In this document: one piece after another, positions 37,526 to 47,500 of the stretch | Position numbering within the stretch: the stretch's first letter is position 1 | Layout: the number at the start of each line of letters is the position of its first letter | NCBI GenBank assembly: GCA_019720975.1 | Contig: JAGVSJ010000001.1 | Location: forward strand, 34,400 to 98,399 | Origin: Candidatus Sysuiplasma superficiale | Lineage (GTDB): Archaea > Thermoplasmatota > Thermoplasmata > Sysuiplasmatales > Sysuiplasmataceae | DNA: 64,000 nt | Direction: 5' to 3' | Program-made: the position numbers and the translations under genes | The notes under the pieces: model-generated | Told to the model about the DNA's origin: nothing | What the model saw: only the letters and a program-made list of their open reading frames with translations | The model's database searches: none

Positions 37526-38456
37526 CCTTTTCTGCCTCCGCTTCCGCATCCCTTATCATTGACTTTATGGGCGAAAGCAGCTGTGTGAACTCGGCGGGCA
37601 GTATGAACTTTGTGGCGGCACTGCTGCCAAGCGCCTTGAGAGTGTCAAGGTACTGCAGCGTCAGTGTCTTCTGGTCAATTGTGCGGGCAGCGCTGAAGAC
37701 GGTTGTAAGTGCCTGGGCATAACCTTCTGCCTTCAGTATCGCTGACTGTTTCTCTCCTTCGGCCCTCAGTATGGCGCTCTGCCTGTCTCCTTCTGCCACA
37801 GTAATAGTTGCGGACTTTTTGCCTTCCGCCTCTGTGACGACGGCACGCCTTGTCCGTTCGGCGGACATCTGGAGTATCATCGCATCTGACACGTTCTTCG
37901 GTGGGAGTATCTCCCTTATCTCAACGTTCGTGACCTTTACGCCCCACCTCGTGGTCACTTCATCCAGCTTTGTCCTGAGTATTGAATTTATCTCTTCCCT
38001 CTTTGAGAGAACCTCATCCAGATTTATGTCACCGATGACAGCTCTCAGCGTCGTAGTAGCAATACCAATCGCTGCCCCTTCAAAATTGTTGACCTGAATG
38101 ACCGAATCGGCTGCGCTTATGACCTTGAAATAGATGATGAAATCGATATCCACCGGGGCATTGTCCTTTGTGATACAGGTCTGATGAGGAATCTGTAGGA
38201 ACCGCTCCCTGAGGTCAACCCTCACAGGCCTGTCGACACCAGGTATTATGAAAACAATTCCGGGACCCTTTTCAGACTGGGCCTTCCCGAGCCTGAAATT
38301 GACTATTCGTTCGTATTCCTTGACTATCTTGATCATTGCTGCAAGGAATATCAGCACGATTATGAGAACAACAATTCCGCCTGCAAAGACACCTAGAGAT
38401 GTCGATGACTGAAGCAGTGCATATCCGAAAACAGAAATAAAAGCAGCTTCCAACAT
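37518..38456 (-). CDS. SPFH/band 7 stomatin-like protein
   Basis: IVKEYER...RLG, ITKDN, TTLRAVIG...LDEVLS.R, WGVKVTNVEI, QMSAER. Confidence 0.93.
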   Translation of the reverse strand: MLEAAFISVFGYALLQSSTSLGVFAGGIVVLIIVLIFLAAMIKIVKEYERIVNFRLGKAQSEKGPGIVFIIPGVDRPVRVDLRERFLQIPHQTCITKDNAPVDIDFIIYFKVISAADSVIQVNNFEGAAIGIATTTLRAVIGDINLDEVLSKREEINSILRTKLDEVTTRWGVKVTNVEIREILPPKNVSDAMILQMSAERTRRAVVTEAEGKKSATITVAEGDRQSAILRAEGEKQSAILKAEGYAQALTTVFSAARTIDQKTLTLQYLDTLKALGSSAATKFILPAEFTQLLSPIKSMIRDAEAEAEKVE

Positions 38457-38601
38457 TATTATCCCTCACTTCGACATTGCATCCATGCTTTAACATCTTT
38501 TGCATATGTTTTATAAGTGCCGCAAAGCCCGACGGGAAATCAACGCAAGAGGTTAAGTTTCGATTAAGTTTTTATAACGTGTCCAACATAATGTCTGACG
38601 G

Positions 38602-39195
38602 ATGGGAAGGCGATTGTTCAAAGGTGCAGCTGAAAGGACACCCTCACATATCAGGAAAGGCAGGATGAATTCCTGGAGGCATGAGAATGCGCACGCGCAT
38701 CTCACCCTGATGGGCGCCGCTGAAAAGGCCGTTCTCGTTTACATCGTTGCGGTTCTCATACCGTTCGGTTATATTGCTGCTGTGGAGTATTCAACGCCCA
38801 TCCTCGGCCAGGCGCTCACATGGACATATTTCAACATATTCCCATGGAACTTCGTTATATTTTCGTTCTTCTTTCTGATAGGCCTGTCAATGATATTCTG
38901 GGCACTTTCCTACACCCAGGGAAGAGGCGCTGAAAGACTCCTGACTGAGGGTCCTTACTCCTACACGAGGAATCCGAAGGGGTTCGGCTATGTGCTCATG
39001 CTCATAGGGCTTGGAGTGCTGCTGCAGTCTGCTGTGGCCATTTTCATGATCACACCGGCAATTGCCATTATGTATTTCCTTTACCTGAAACTGCTGCAGG
39101 AGCCTTTCATGAGGCATAGATACGGCGCAATCTACGATGAGTACAGGGCATCAGTTCCTCTACTGCTGCCCATCAGGCTGGCATACAGGAAATGA
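38602..39195 (+). CDS. Isoprenylcysteine carboxyl methyltransferase/PEMT family membrane protein
   Basis: LLTEGPYSYTRNP and E..M..RYG..Y.EYR..VP; true start likely 38665 or 38710. Confidence 0.8.
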   Translation: MGRRLFKGAAERTPSHIRKGRMNSWRHENAHAHLTLMGAAEKAVLVYIVAVLIPFGYIAAVEYSTPILGQALTWTYFNIFPWNFVIFSFFFLIGLSMIFWALSYTQGRGAERLLTEGPYSYTRNPKGFGYVLMLIGLGVLLQSAVAIFMITPAIAIMYFLYLKLLQEPFMRHRYGAIYDEYRASVPLLLPIRLAYRK

Positions 39196-39229
39196 GAAGA
39201 GATACTGAAGCTTCCTGTAAAGGTGTCCT

Positions 39230-40120
39230 TCAGTAACCCCTTTCCTGCATCCGCTGTTCCTGCGCGAGCGTCGATATCTCAACGCCTGGCATCGATTCAC
39301 CGAGTCCCTTGGAGACCTCGGCGACAATCGACGGCTCGTCAAAGTGGAGTGTTGCCTCCACGATAGCCTTCGCCATCCTTGCAGGGTTCTTCGCCTTGAA
39401 TATACCGCTTCCAACGAATATGCCGTCGCTGCCCAGCATCATCATCAGTGCAGCATCGGCAGGGGAGGCTATCCCTCCAGCCGCGAAATTGACGACGGGA
39501 AGTCTCTGAAGCTTTGCAGTTTCCCTGACAAGTTCAAACGGTGCGTTGATCTCCCTCGATACCGTCCTGAGCTCCTCATCGGACATGCCTTTCAGTGACC
39601 GTATCTTTCCCATTACGATCTTCTGATGCCTCACTGCCTCGATGATGTTGCCGGTTCCCGGCTCTCCCTTTGTTCTGATCATCGCTGCACCCTCCGATAT
39701 GCGCCTTAGCGCCTCCCCGAGATCCCTGGCTCCGCATACAAAGGGAACAGTGAAGGATGTCTTGTCAACATGGTGGAAAGGATCGGCCGGTGTGAGAACC
39801 TCACTCTCATCTATCATATCCACACCGAGAGACTGGAGAACGAGCGCCTCCGCAACGTGCCCGATACGGCATTTGGCCATCACAGGAATGGTGACGGCAT
39901 CGATTATTTCCATAACCTTCAGCGGATCGGCCATCCTAGCTACGCCGCCAGCTGCACGTATGTCTGCAGGCACACGCTCAAGTGCCATCACAGCCACTGC
40001 ACCAGCCTCTTCGGCTATTGCAGCCTGTTCTGCATTCGTGACGTCCATGATGACGCCACCTTTCTGCATGCTCGCAAATCCCCTCTTGATGAGCTCAGTT
40101 CCATGCTTTAGGGATGCCAA
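39230..40120 (-). CDS. pdxS: Pyridoxal 5'-phosphate synthase lyase subunit
   Basis: [43 protein letters not shown]; start may be ATT at 40138 (see findings). Confidence 0.97.
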   Translation of the reverse strand: MASLKHGTELIKRGFASMQKGGVIMDVTNAEQAAIAEEAGAVAVMALERVPADIRAAGGVARMADPLKVMEIIDAVTIPVMAKCRIGHVAEALVLQSLGVDMIDESEVLTPADPFHHVDKTSFTVPFVCGARDLGEALRRISEGAAMIRTKGEPGTGNIIEAVRHQKIVMGKIRSLKGMSDEELRTVSREINAPFELVRETAKLQRLPVVNFAAGGIASPADAALMMMLGSDGIFVGSGIFKAKNPARMAKAIVEATLHFDEPSIVAEVSKGLGESMPGVEISTLAQEQRMQERGY

Positions 40121-40368
40121 ATCAAGATTGACCGGAATGGTTTCACCTTCCTTTCTACGAGATTAAGTTAATATGCAGCACTTATTTATGAACGTGTGCA
40201 GGGAGCGGTGCAGCACTGGCGCTTTCCGCCATCGGTTTAACGAATCACCACATGCGCATGCTGGATTCGCAATTGGCAGGCTGTTTCGGCACCGCTTTGT
40301 GTTCCATAACACGCAGCAGGCGCTTCCAAGTGTACAGTTTTTTAAGTGAGGAGTCATTCGCTCTCATT

Positions 40369-41526
40369 ATGCCGGGGAGAATGGAGACTGTTGCTGAATC
40401 TGGTACTGTGAAGGTCGCCGACAAGGTGAAGGAGCTCAGGTCCAAAGGAATCGAGATCATTTCATTCTCAATCGGTGAACCGGATTTTCCGACACCAGGG
40501 CATATAGTTGAGGCGGGAATTGAGGCGCTCAAGTCCGGCTTCACGAAATACACTCCCTCTGCAGGCATACCTGAACTGAGGGAGGCAATAGCTGCCAAGC
40601 TCCGTGATGAGAATCACATCGACGCAGGTGCGAATGAAATAATTGTTACGCCTACAAAGCAGGCACTGTTTATGACCATTCTTGCTCTGGTGGAAAGAGG
40701 TTCCGAAGTAATTATGCCTGACCCTGCCTGGGTTTCCTACGACCCGATGGTGAGGATTGCAGAGGGCAGACCGGTTCCTGTCAGGGCTGATGAGGAAACT
40801 GGCTTCCGGCTGACGCCTGAACTTGTGGCTGAAAAGATCACAGAGAAAACCAGGATGATTGTAATGAATTCGCCGAGTAACCCCACAGGTGCGGTTGCGG
40901 AGAGGGAGGATGTGAAGGGCATATGCGATCTCGCGGAAGATCACAATATAATAATTCTGAGTGACGAGATTTATGAGAAGATCATCTACGATGCACAGAA
41001 TTATTCACCTGCATCCTTCCCCGGTATGAAGGAAAGGGTTGTGACGGTTAACGGCTTCTCAAAGACATATTCGATGACCGGCTGGAGGCTCGGATATCTT
41101 CACGCAGACAGGAAGCTGATTGGTGACATACAGAAGATCCAGACGCACTCAATAACTTGTGCCACATCCTTTGTCCAGAAGGCAGGAATAGCGGCACTGA
41201 AAGGGCCGAAGGAACCCGCAGAGGCGATGGTGGCTGAGTTCAGAAAGAGAAGGGACTACGTGGTGGGCAGGATTGGGGAGATTGATTCATTATCAGTTGT
41301 CAAACCCAGAGGAGCCTTCTATGTCTTTCCAAGATATCATGGAAGCATGAACTCCGAGGAAATGGGTGAATATCTGCTGGAAAAGGCTCACGTCGCCGTC
41401 ACTCCGGGCTCATCGTTTGGCAGATTCGGCGAGAAGCATTTCAGAATATCCTACGCAACAGACATGGAAAGCCTGAAAAGGGGCATGGATGGGATCGCTG
41501 AAGCACTTGAGTCTGTGCCGAGGTAA
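40369..41526 (+). CDS. Class I/II PLP aminotransferase (aspartate aminotransferase-like)
   Basis: IGEPDFPTP, NSPSNPTG, SDEIYE, NGFSKTYSMTGWRLG, RISYA; start re-assigned to ATG 40369. Confidence 0.93.
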   Translation: MPGRMETVAESGTVKVADKVKELRSKGIEIISFSIGEPDFPTPGHIVEAGIEALKSGFTKYTPSAGIPELREAIAAKLRDENHIDAGANEIIVTPTKQALFMTILALVERGSEVIMPDPAWVSYDPMVRIAEGRPVPVRADEETGFRLTPELVAEKITEKTRMIVMNSPSNPTGAVAEREDVKGICDLAEDHNIIILSDEIYEKIIYDAQNYSPASFPGMKERVVTVNGFSKTYSMTGWRLGYLHADRKLIGDIQKIQTHSITCATSFVQKAGIAALKGPKEPAEAMVAEFRKRRDYVVGRIGEIDSLSVVKPRGAFYVFPRYHGSMNSEEMGEYLLEKAHVAVTPGSSFGRFGEKHFRISYATDMESLKRGMDGIAEALESVPR

Positions 41527-41534
41527 GACGCCTT

Positions 41535-41717
41535 TCATCTCATCTCAGGCGGGAGCATATTGGGAATGGAGTCCTCCACCGGATAAGTGTTCCCGCATTT
41601 CGTGCATCTTATCGTGCCAGATACAATCTCCTCGCCTTCCCTCCTATCGACCGTCAGTTCGAGTGGATGATGCTTGCAGACCGGGCAGGCGAGTATATCC
41701 ATGAGTTTAGGCTTCAC
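41535..41717 (-). CDS. Trm112-like methyltransferase activator
   Basis: LMDILACPVCK...L.L......GTIRCTKCG.TYPVEDSIPNMLPP. Confidence 0.9.
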   Translation of the reverse strand: MKPKLMDILACPVCKHHPLELTVDRREGEEIVSGTIRCTKCGNTYPVEDSIPNMLPPEMR

Positions 41718-41849
41718 GACTCACTTATTTCCCTCCATATCTAAAAGGTTTGCACAAAAAGTGCTCTCCACCTGAAAGCTACGGGCACGGGTGAAATACG
41801 CAACTGTGCGCTGGCGATAGCTATCTAAAGATGCACTGCGTACAGCACA

Positions 41850-41911
41850 TGCCACCGTGACGAGAAACCCAGCGCTGATTAAGTGATGAGTGACGGGCGA
41901 GCCGAGTGGCA
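41850..41911 (+). ncRNA. C/D-box methylation guide sRNA
   Basis: Terminal stem TGCCAC/GTGGCA; C GTGACGA (41857-63), guide GAAACCCAGCG, D' CTGA (41875-78), C' GTGATGA (41883-89), guide GTGACGGGCGAG, D CCGA (41902-05); both guides are complementary to universally conserved rRNA segments. Confidence 0.85.
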
Positions 41912-42003
41912 GCTGACACCGGGCCGTGCATAAGACACGCTGTTCTTCTCTCTGCTTTTGAGGGAATACAGTTAATTAAATGAATTAATCTTGAAGTCCA
42001 CAG

Positions 42004-42714
42004 ATGAATCAGCATGCCCAGGCTGAGGTTGTGGCGGAGGCAAGGAATGTAAGCAAGAGCTACATCATCGGAGAGAGGACAGTTACCGTTCTGAAGAATA
42101 TCAACCTTTCATTCAGAAGAGGTGAATTTGTTTCGATAATGGGGCCCTCAGGCTCCGGAAAGAGCACTCTTCTGAACTGCATGTCAGGACTGGACAGGGC
42201 AAGTGAAGGGGAGATAATAATAGCAGGCAGAAACATCAATGAGATGAGTGACCGTGAGATGAGCCTTTTCAGGGCAAGCAGAATGGGTTTTGTTTTCCAG
42301 AACTATGCACTTCTCCCGGTCTTCAATGTCGTTGAGAACGTTGAGCTTCCGGCGCTTGTCGCAGGTGTGCCTGGAGCCCTTGCCAGAAAGAGGGCAATGG
42401 ACATACTGGAATTTGTTGGCATACAGGATAGAGCAGACTTCAGACCGGATCAGCTTTCGGGGGGTGAACAGCAGAGGGTTGCAATAGCAAGAGCACTGGT
42501 CAACGAACCGGAGATAATATGGGCTGATGAACCCACAGGAAATCTTGACAGTGCAGGAGGCGGCGTCGTCCTTGAGCTCTTCCGAAGACTTAACAGGGAA
42601 AGGAAATCCACTGTCGTTGTGGTGACACACAACGAATACGTTGCAGGCTTTTCGAACAGAAAGATCAGGATCAGGGATGGATTGATAACAGTGGACACGG
42701 GGGTGGAGCGGTAA
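42004..42714 (+). CDS. ABC transporter ATP-binding protein (LolD/MacB-like)
   Basis: GPSGSGKS, LSGGEQQRVAIARAL, ADEPTGNLD, VVTH. Confidence 0.95.
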   Translation: MNQHAQAEVVAEARNVSKSYIIGERTVTVLKNINLSFRRGEFVSIMGPSGSGKSTLLNCMSGLDRASEGEIIIAGRNINEMSDREMSLFRASRMGFVFQNYALLPVFNVVENVELPALVAGVPGALARKRAMDILEFVGIQDRADFRPDQLSGGEQQRVAIARALVNEPEIIWADEPTGNLDSAGGGVVLELFRRLNRERKSTVVVVTHNEYVAGFSNRKIRIRDGLITVDTGVER

Positions 42715-42715
42715 A

Positions 42716-45646
42716 GTGAATGCTGACGCTTCAACCATTCTTGTTCTTGCTTTCGCGGCCATAACAGTTTTCTCCCTGCTCATAACGTCAAGAAATTTGG
42801 CCGTTGTCAGGCTGTTCCTCAGAAACGCCATGGGCAACAGGAAGAGGATGGTGCTCATAATTGCGGGCCTGATGATAGGCTCGGCGATGATAAGTGGGGC
42901 ACTTGTGATGAGGAGCAGCATGCTTGAACTGAGCAGCAACCTTGTTGCGCTGAGTTACGGCCACATCGACGAGACGGTCACCGATGCCGGAAATTCGTTG
43001 TACGGCAATATATTCAATTATTCAGCCTACACAGCATTCAACAGGAGCATCGCGCAGTACAGCGATGTTGCTGCCGCAGTGCCTATGATCTACGAGACCG
43101 TCAGCGTATTCGACAACAGCACCGGCGTTCCGTACCAGGACTTAGGATTCGTGGGGACGCCATGGTGGTCCAACAGCGTGCTTGGAAATTTTGTTTCCAT
43201 AAATGGCAGCATCGTCACATCCCTCCCTGTTGGAGGTATCATGATTGACCAGCTTGCGGCATCGCAGCTCGGCGCCAGGGCAGGGAACAGTCTGACCGTG
43301 TATTTCGGTCCATCTGTCCATTACACAGGGAGGGTCTACGCTGTTGTAAAGGACAACTACCGCGGATATTTTGATTCAGGCTACAACATATTCATGAGAC
43401 TCAGAGGTGCCCAGTCGGCCGGCAACTACCCCTCAGGCATCAGCATGATTGCTGTCTCCAACCGTGGAGGCGTCCTTTCATCGGCCGGACTTTCGGACAG
43501 GGTGATGTCCGAAATCAACCTGACGCTTGCCTCAGTGAACCTGAATTACGGACTGTCACTCTCAGCTCATGCGTTGCTTGCGGACCAGCTGAACACCATA
43601 CATTCCGAGATCAGCGATCTTGCAGATCTCTATCTTGCACTGAGCCTCTTCGCTGTTGCGGCGGGGCTCATACTCGTTGTAACCATATTCTACATGCTTG
43701 CGGAGGAAAGAGTGAAGGATCTGGGTATACTCAGGGCGATAGGTGTGAGCAGGAGCAGGATAACCGGTGGCTTCATTTCCGAGGGTTTCGTATACACGCT
43801 CATTTCATCATTCGCCGGTTCACTGCTTGGAGTTGCTATAGGTTTCGCAATGATGTTTGGTTTCGTTCAGCTGTTCGGCCAGACGTTTTCAGAGCCCGTC
43901 AGAGCCACCGGAATACTTCTTTCATCATTCACCGTCACTCCGGGTGACATAATTTCGGGCTTCTCGGCGGGAGGAATAGCGACTTTTGCAGTCATAGTGA
44001 TCGCGAGCTACAGGACGGGAAGGATGAGTGTGGTTGACGCCATAAGGAGAATTGCTGCACAGCCTAAGGGCGTTGCCCACCGTGGCACAGCCACAGCTTC
44101 CTCCTTAATCCTCCTCTCACTGATTGTCACTGCCGCAGGATACCTCTCAGATTCGCTGGAACTTTTGATGCTGGGAATTTCTCTTGTAATCCTTTCCTCC
44201 TTCTGGCTCATATTCCGCTTATCGGGACGCGACGTGGTAGCGGGAATCGCCGGCCTCGCACTTGTCCTGTTCTGGGGGCTTCCGCAGTCATGGGATGTCT
44301 TCCCCCGGAGTTTTTCCTACAGCTACTACATTTATGTTGAGTCAGGAATCTTTCTCGTTTCCGGGGGTATACTGATATTCTTTGCGGCAGAACCGCTGCT
44401 CATGAAACTGGTAAGGGGATCCGGGAGAAGGAGAGGTATGGCATCACTGCGCCTCGCCATGTCCTTCACAACACAGAAAAAGGTAAGGACCGCCATCTCC
44501 CTGGCGCTCTTCTCTTTTGTCATATTCGGGATTGTATCTGTGTCTGTTCTCGGGAGCATGCTAGATCAGGCGGCGGTGCAGACCGTTGCGAAGCAGAGCG
44601 GCGGCTACAATTTTGTGCTCTACAGCGGAGACGGAGCAAACATCACGTCCACTGTTGAAGGTAACAGCACGCTGTCACGCTACATTTCGGAGGCAAGCCT
44701 GATTTATGACACTACAACCACATTCACTGCCGGCGGCCACGGACTCTTCATTTACCCCCTCGTGGGAATCACATCCTGGAACGGAAGCAGCAGCTTCTTC
44801 GTCCAGAACAGATACAGGTTTTACAGCTATCTTCCACGCTACGCATCAGGAGAGGCCGTATGGAATGCAGTCAGAAACAATTCGTCTCTCGCTGTGGTGG
44901 ATATGACACTCGCTGGCGTGAAGCAGGGGGATTTTGCGCAGGGAATAAGGGTGAATACCAGAGTGGGCCTCGGACAGACAGTCACGGTTTACGGCATCAA
45001 CAGGACAGAGAGAGAGGTCACTGTCATAGGCATACTTGATGAATTCGGTTTTCAGGGCGTCTTCGCAAATGCTGCGCTTATGGGGTCACTCGGATTGAAG
45101 AGGAATGCGTATCCTGTGCTCTTCATCAGGATTGCGCGCGACGTCTCTCCGACTGCTGCTTCGATACAGCTGAGGAAGGCTCTCACTGACTACAACCCTG
45201 TGCTTCTCAACCTCAACCTGATAGCGGAGCAGCTGACCATGGACATAGATGGTATAGTGGAAATGACCGAAATTTTCATCGCCATGGGGCTGGTCGCAGG
45301 CACTGCCGGCCTAGGAATTATTGCTATGCGTTCTGTTACTGAGAGATACCAGAGCATCGGTCTTCTCCGTGCTCTTGGCTTTACAAGAAAGCTCGTCTCT
45401 TTCTCCTTCCTGTCGGAATTCATTTTCATCGCCCTTTCGGGTTCTGCCATAGGTGTGGTGATGAGTCTGATCAACGGCAACATTATAGCGGGGAGGCTGA
45501 GTTCACTCCTCACATTCACCTATTCGGCCGTCGACATACTTCTGCTGGTTGCACTCTCCGTCCTCCTCACTGTCCTGGCTGTGCTCAGTTCGGTGAAGGC
45601 CGTATCAGCGATTGAACCTTCTGCATCACTCAGATACATAGAGTGA
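42716..45646 (+). CDS. ABC transporter permease (duplicated FtsX/MacB-like)
   Basis: Two ER...GxLRAxG motifs, large extracellular domains rich in N-glycosylation sequons. Confidence 0.88.
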   Translation: MNADASTILVLAFAAITVFSLLITSRNLAVVRLFLRNAMGNRKRMVLIIAGLMIGSAMISGALVMRSSMLELSSNLVALSYGHIDETVTDAGNSLYGNIFNYSAYTAFNRSIAQYSDVAAAVPMIYETVSVFDNSTGVPYQDLGFVGTPWWSNSVLGNFVSINGSIVTSLPVGGIMIDQLAASQLGARAGNSLTVYFGPSVHYTGRVYAVVKDNYRGYFDSGYNIFMRLRGAQSAGNYPSGISMIAVSNRGGVLSSAGLSDRVMSEINLTLASVNLNYGLSLSAHALLADQLNTIHSEISDLADLYLALSLFAVAAGLILVVTIFYMLAEERVKDLGILRAIGVSRSRITGGFISEGFVYTLISSFAGSLLGVAIGFAMMFGFVQLFGQTFSEPVRATGILLSSFTVTPGDIISGFSAGGIATFAVIVIASYRTGRMSVVDAIRRIAAQPKGVAHRGTATASSLILLSLIVTAAGYLSDSLELLMLGISLVILSSFWLIFRLSGRDVVAGIAGLALVLFWGLPQSWDVFPRSFSYSYYIYVESGIFLVSGGILIFFAAEPLLMKLVRGSGRRRGMASLRLAMSFTTQKKVRTAISLALFSFVIFGIVSVSVLGSMLDQAAVQTVAKQSGGYNFVLYSGDGANITSTVEGNSTLSRYISEASLIYDTTTTFTAGGHGLFIYPLVGITSWNGSSSFFVQNRYRFYSYLPRYASGEAVWNAVRNNSSLAVVDMTLAGVKQGDFAQGIRVNTRVGLGQTVTVYGINRTEREVTVIGILDEFGFQGVFANAALMGSLGLKRNAYPVLFIRIARDVSPTAASIQLRKALTDYNPVLLNLNLIAEQLTMDIDGIVEMTEIFIAMGLVAGTAGLGIIAMRSVTERYQSIGLLRALGFTRKLVSFSFLSEFIFIALSGSAIGVVMSLINGNIIAGRLSSLLTFTYSAVDILLLVALSVLLTVLAVLSSVKAVSAIEPSASLRYIE

Positions 45647-45722
45647 ACATTATGGCTGACATCTGTCAGACGGAATCGATACAATTATAAGCATCCACTT
45701 CCATAACGGGAACGGGATTGGG

Positions 45723-46205
45723 ATGCCGATAGCAGCCGAGATGATACTCAGGAACAGCGTGCTGAGGACGCACTGGCTTAAAAGGGTTGCAGCAGGGGTG
45801 GTTGACATAGTCACCGTGTTTGTGCCTGTCTGGGCCGTGGGCATTACATTTGGGTTCAGCAGGCTCTATTTCGACATATTTGTAGGGATAGCCTCCGGCG
45901 TCTGCTGGTTCATCTACAGCACTTTTGCCGAGTACTATTACGGATTCACGCTCGGTAAGAAGATAATGATGCTTCGCATATCATCGGAGAAGGGAGAGGT
46001 GATGCTCCACGAAACTGCGTTCAGGAACATATCCAAACTATTCTGGTACATACTTCTGCCTCTCGACCTTCTGCTCGGCTTCTTCACGTACGGCGATCCG
46101 AGACAGAGATTCAGCGACAGGGTATTTGGCACTACAATTGTTTCGGCGCAGCCTGCAAGTTCGCTCATAAAGGTCAAACTCAGGAAGACGAGTTTTAACC
46201 ACTGA
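45723..46205 (+). CDS. RDD family membrane protein
   Basis: KRVAAGVVD, TLGKKIM.LRI, RN, QRFSD...GT. Confidence 0.85.
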   Translation: MPIAAEMILRNSVLRTHWLKRVAAGVVDIVTVFVPVWAVGITFGFSRLYFDIFVGIASGVCWFIYSTFAEYYYGFTLGKKIMMLRISSEKGEVMLHETAFRNISKLFWYILLPLDLLLGFFTYGDPRQRFSDRVFGTTIVSAQPASSLIKVKLRKTSFNH

Positions 46206-46211
46206 GGTCCG

Positions 46212-46934
46212 CTACTCGAAGAGGGTGAAACCCTCTGATGTCACAGTATACTGGAGTATTTTAGTTCTCTCAGGATAGCTCTTAACCTTGCTAACTATGA
46301 AGTTGTTTTCGAACTTCTTGCCCACGCGTTCCCTCTCCAGCTCAATCAGTGTATCGCAGAGTGCGTCAATTGCATTCTGTGTCTTGCTGTCAAAAAGATC
46401 CTTTGTCATGGTTGCAAGCATCACTCCCCTGCATCGCTTGTTGTACGCCTTCAGAGTCCTGAGTGCACTGAGCACCTCTTCGACACCGTAATTGTCCAGG
46501 AAGAAATCGAGCGAATCTATTGTTATCCGGAAAGGAGGGGTTATCTTGAAAATCTCATGTGTGAGATAAGTGAGGAAATTGAACGGCCTTTCACCCTCTG
46601 GCTCGCTGTCGAAAACGTCATTGACTTTAATCCCCTCCTGCCTGTACCTTGTCACCTTCAGTTTCTTGAGCAGGACCGAGTCATAATACTTATCACCTAT
46701 ATCCACAATTGTTATCTCCTTATTCCAACCGAAGCGCTTTATTGTGCTCAAAACCTCTTCACTGCTGTCCATCGTTGAGAAGTAGTAGCTCTTTTCCTCA
46801 CCTGCGGAAGCAAATTGCATCGCAAGAACACCCAGACCGGAGCCTGGATGACCGACAACTGAGCATAGTGACCCCTCTGCAAACCCGCCGCCCAGTGCAG
46901 CGTCAAGATTTTTGATCCCTGAGACAAAAGGCAT
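46212..46934 (-). CDS. KaiC/RAD55-like protein with degenerate Walker A
   Basis: SGIKNLDAALGGG, GHPGSGLG (no Lys), ITIDSL, DTLIEL. Confidence 0.8.
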   Translation of the reverse strand: MPFVSGIKNLDAALGGGFAEGSLCSVVGHPGSGLGVLAMQFASAGEEKSYYFSTMDSSEEVLSTIKRFGWNKEITIVDIGDKYYDSVLLKKLKVTRYRQEGIKVNDVFDSEPEGERPFNFLTYLTHEIFKITPPFRITIDSLDFFLDNYGVEEVLSALRTLKAYNKRCRGVMLATMTKDLFDSKTQNAIDALCDTLIELERERVGKKFENNFIVSKVKSYPERTKILQYTVTSEGFTLFE

Positions 46935-47500
46935 TATTCTCCTCCGAAGCGCACAAGTTTGTCGCTGACAAGGCCGAGGAGTGTGCTGACTTCCTGCGTC
47001 TGCTGTTCCTTTATGCTCAGCATGAGTATCATCGCACCCCTGGAACGAAGACTGTTCACAAGTATATGCAGAAACTCGCCCATTATCTTCCAGTCGTTGT
47101 GAATATGAAGCGTGTTGATTGAATCGAGTATGACAAGCACATTCCTGCCATTTGATTTTCTGCGAAGGAACTCTACCTTCAACATTATATTTTCGAGCAT
47201 TGTCGGGCTCTCGATGAGTATTATGTTTTCCTCCCTGCTCTGCTGCCCTGTCATCATGTTGGATATGCAGTCTATGAACTTCACGCCGCCCGTATCGACT
47301 CCGATGAGATCCATAGCGCTGATTATTGCCTTTGCAGGAACGGTGGATGCAACATATATGACATCAACGCCGCGTGAACTGTGATTCAGCATGCCCTTGA
47401 TCGCGTCGAAGTAGACGTCGGCTCCTATCTCCAGCGACGTGGAAGTGCTGGGCTCGAGCTTCTCTATTTCGGCAGCGACCTGCGTTGCTATGTCGTTCAT
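46934..47500 (-). CDS. Inactivated RecA/KaiC-fold protein
   Basis: VKFIDC, VILDSINTL, SDKLV; no Walker A; between two KaiC-like genes. Confidence 0.65.
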   Translation of the reverse strand: MNDIATQVAAEIEKLEPSTSTSLEIGADVYFDAIKGMLNHSSRGVDVIYVASTVPAKAIISAMDLIGVDTGGVKFIDCISNMMTGQQSREENIILIESPTMLENIMLKVEFLRRKSNGRNVLVILDSINTLHIHNDWKIMGEFLHILVNSLRSRGAMILMLSIKEQQTQEVSTLLGLVSDKLVRFGGE

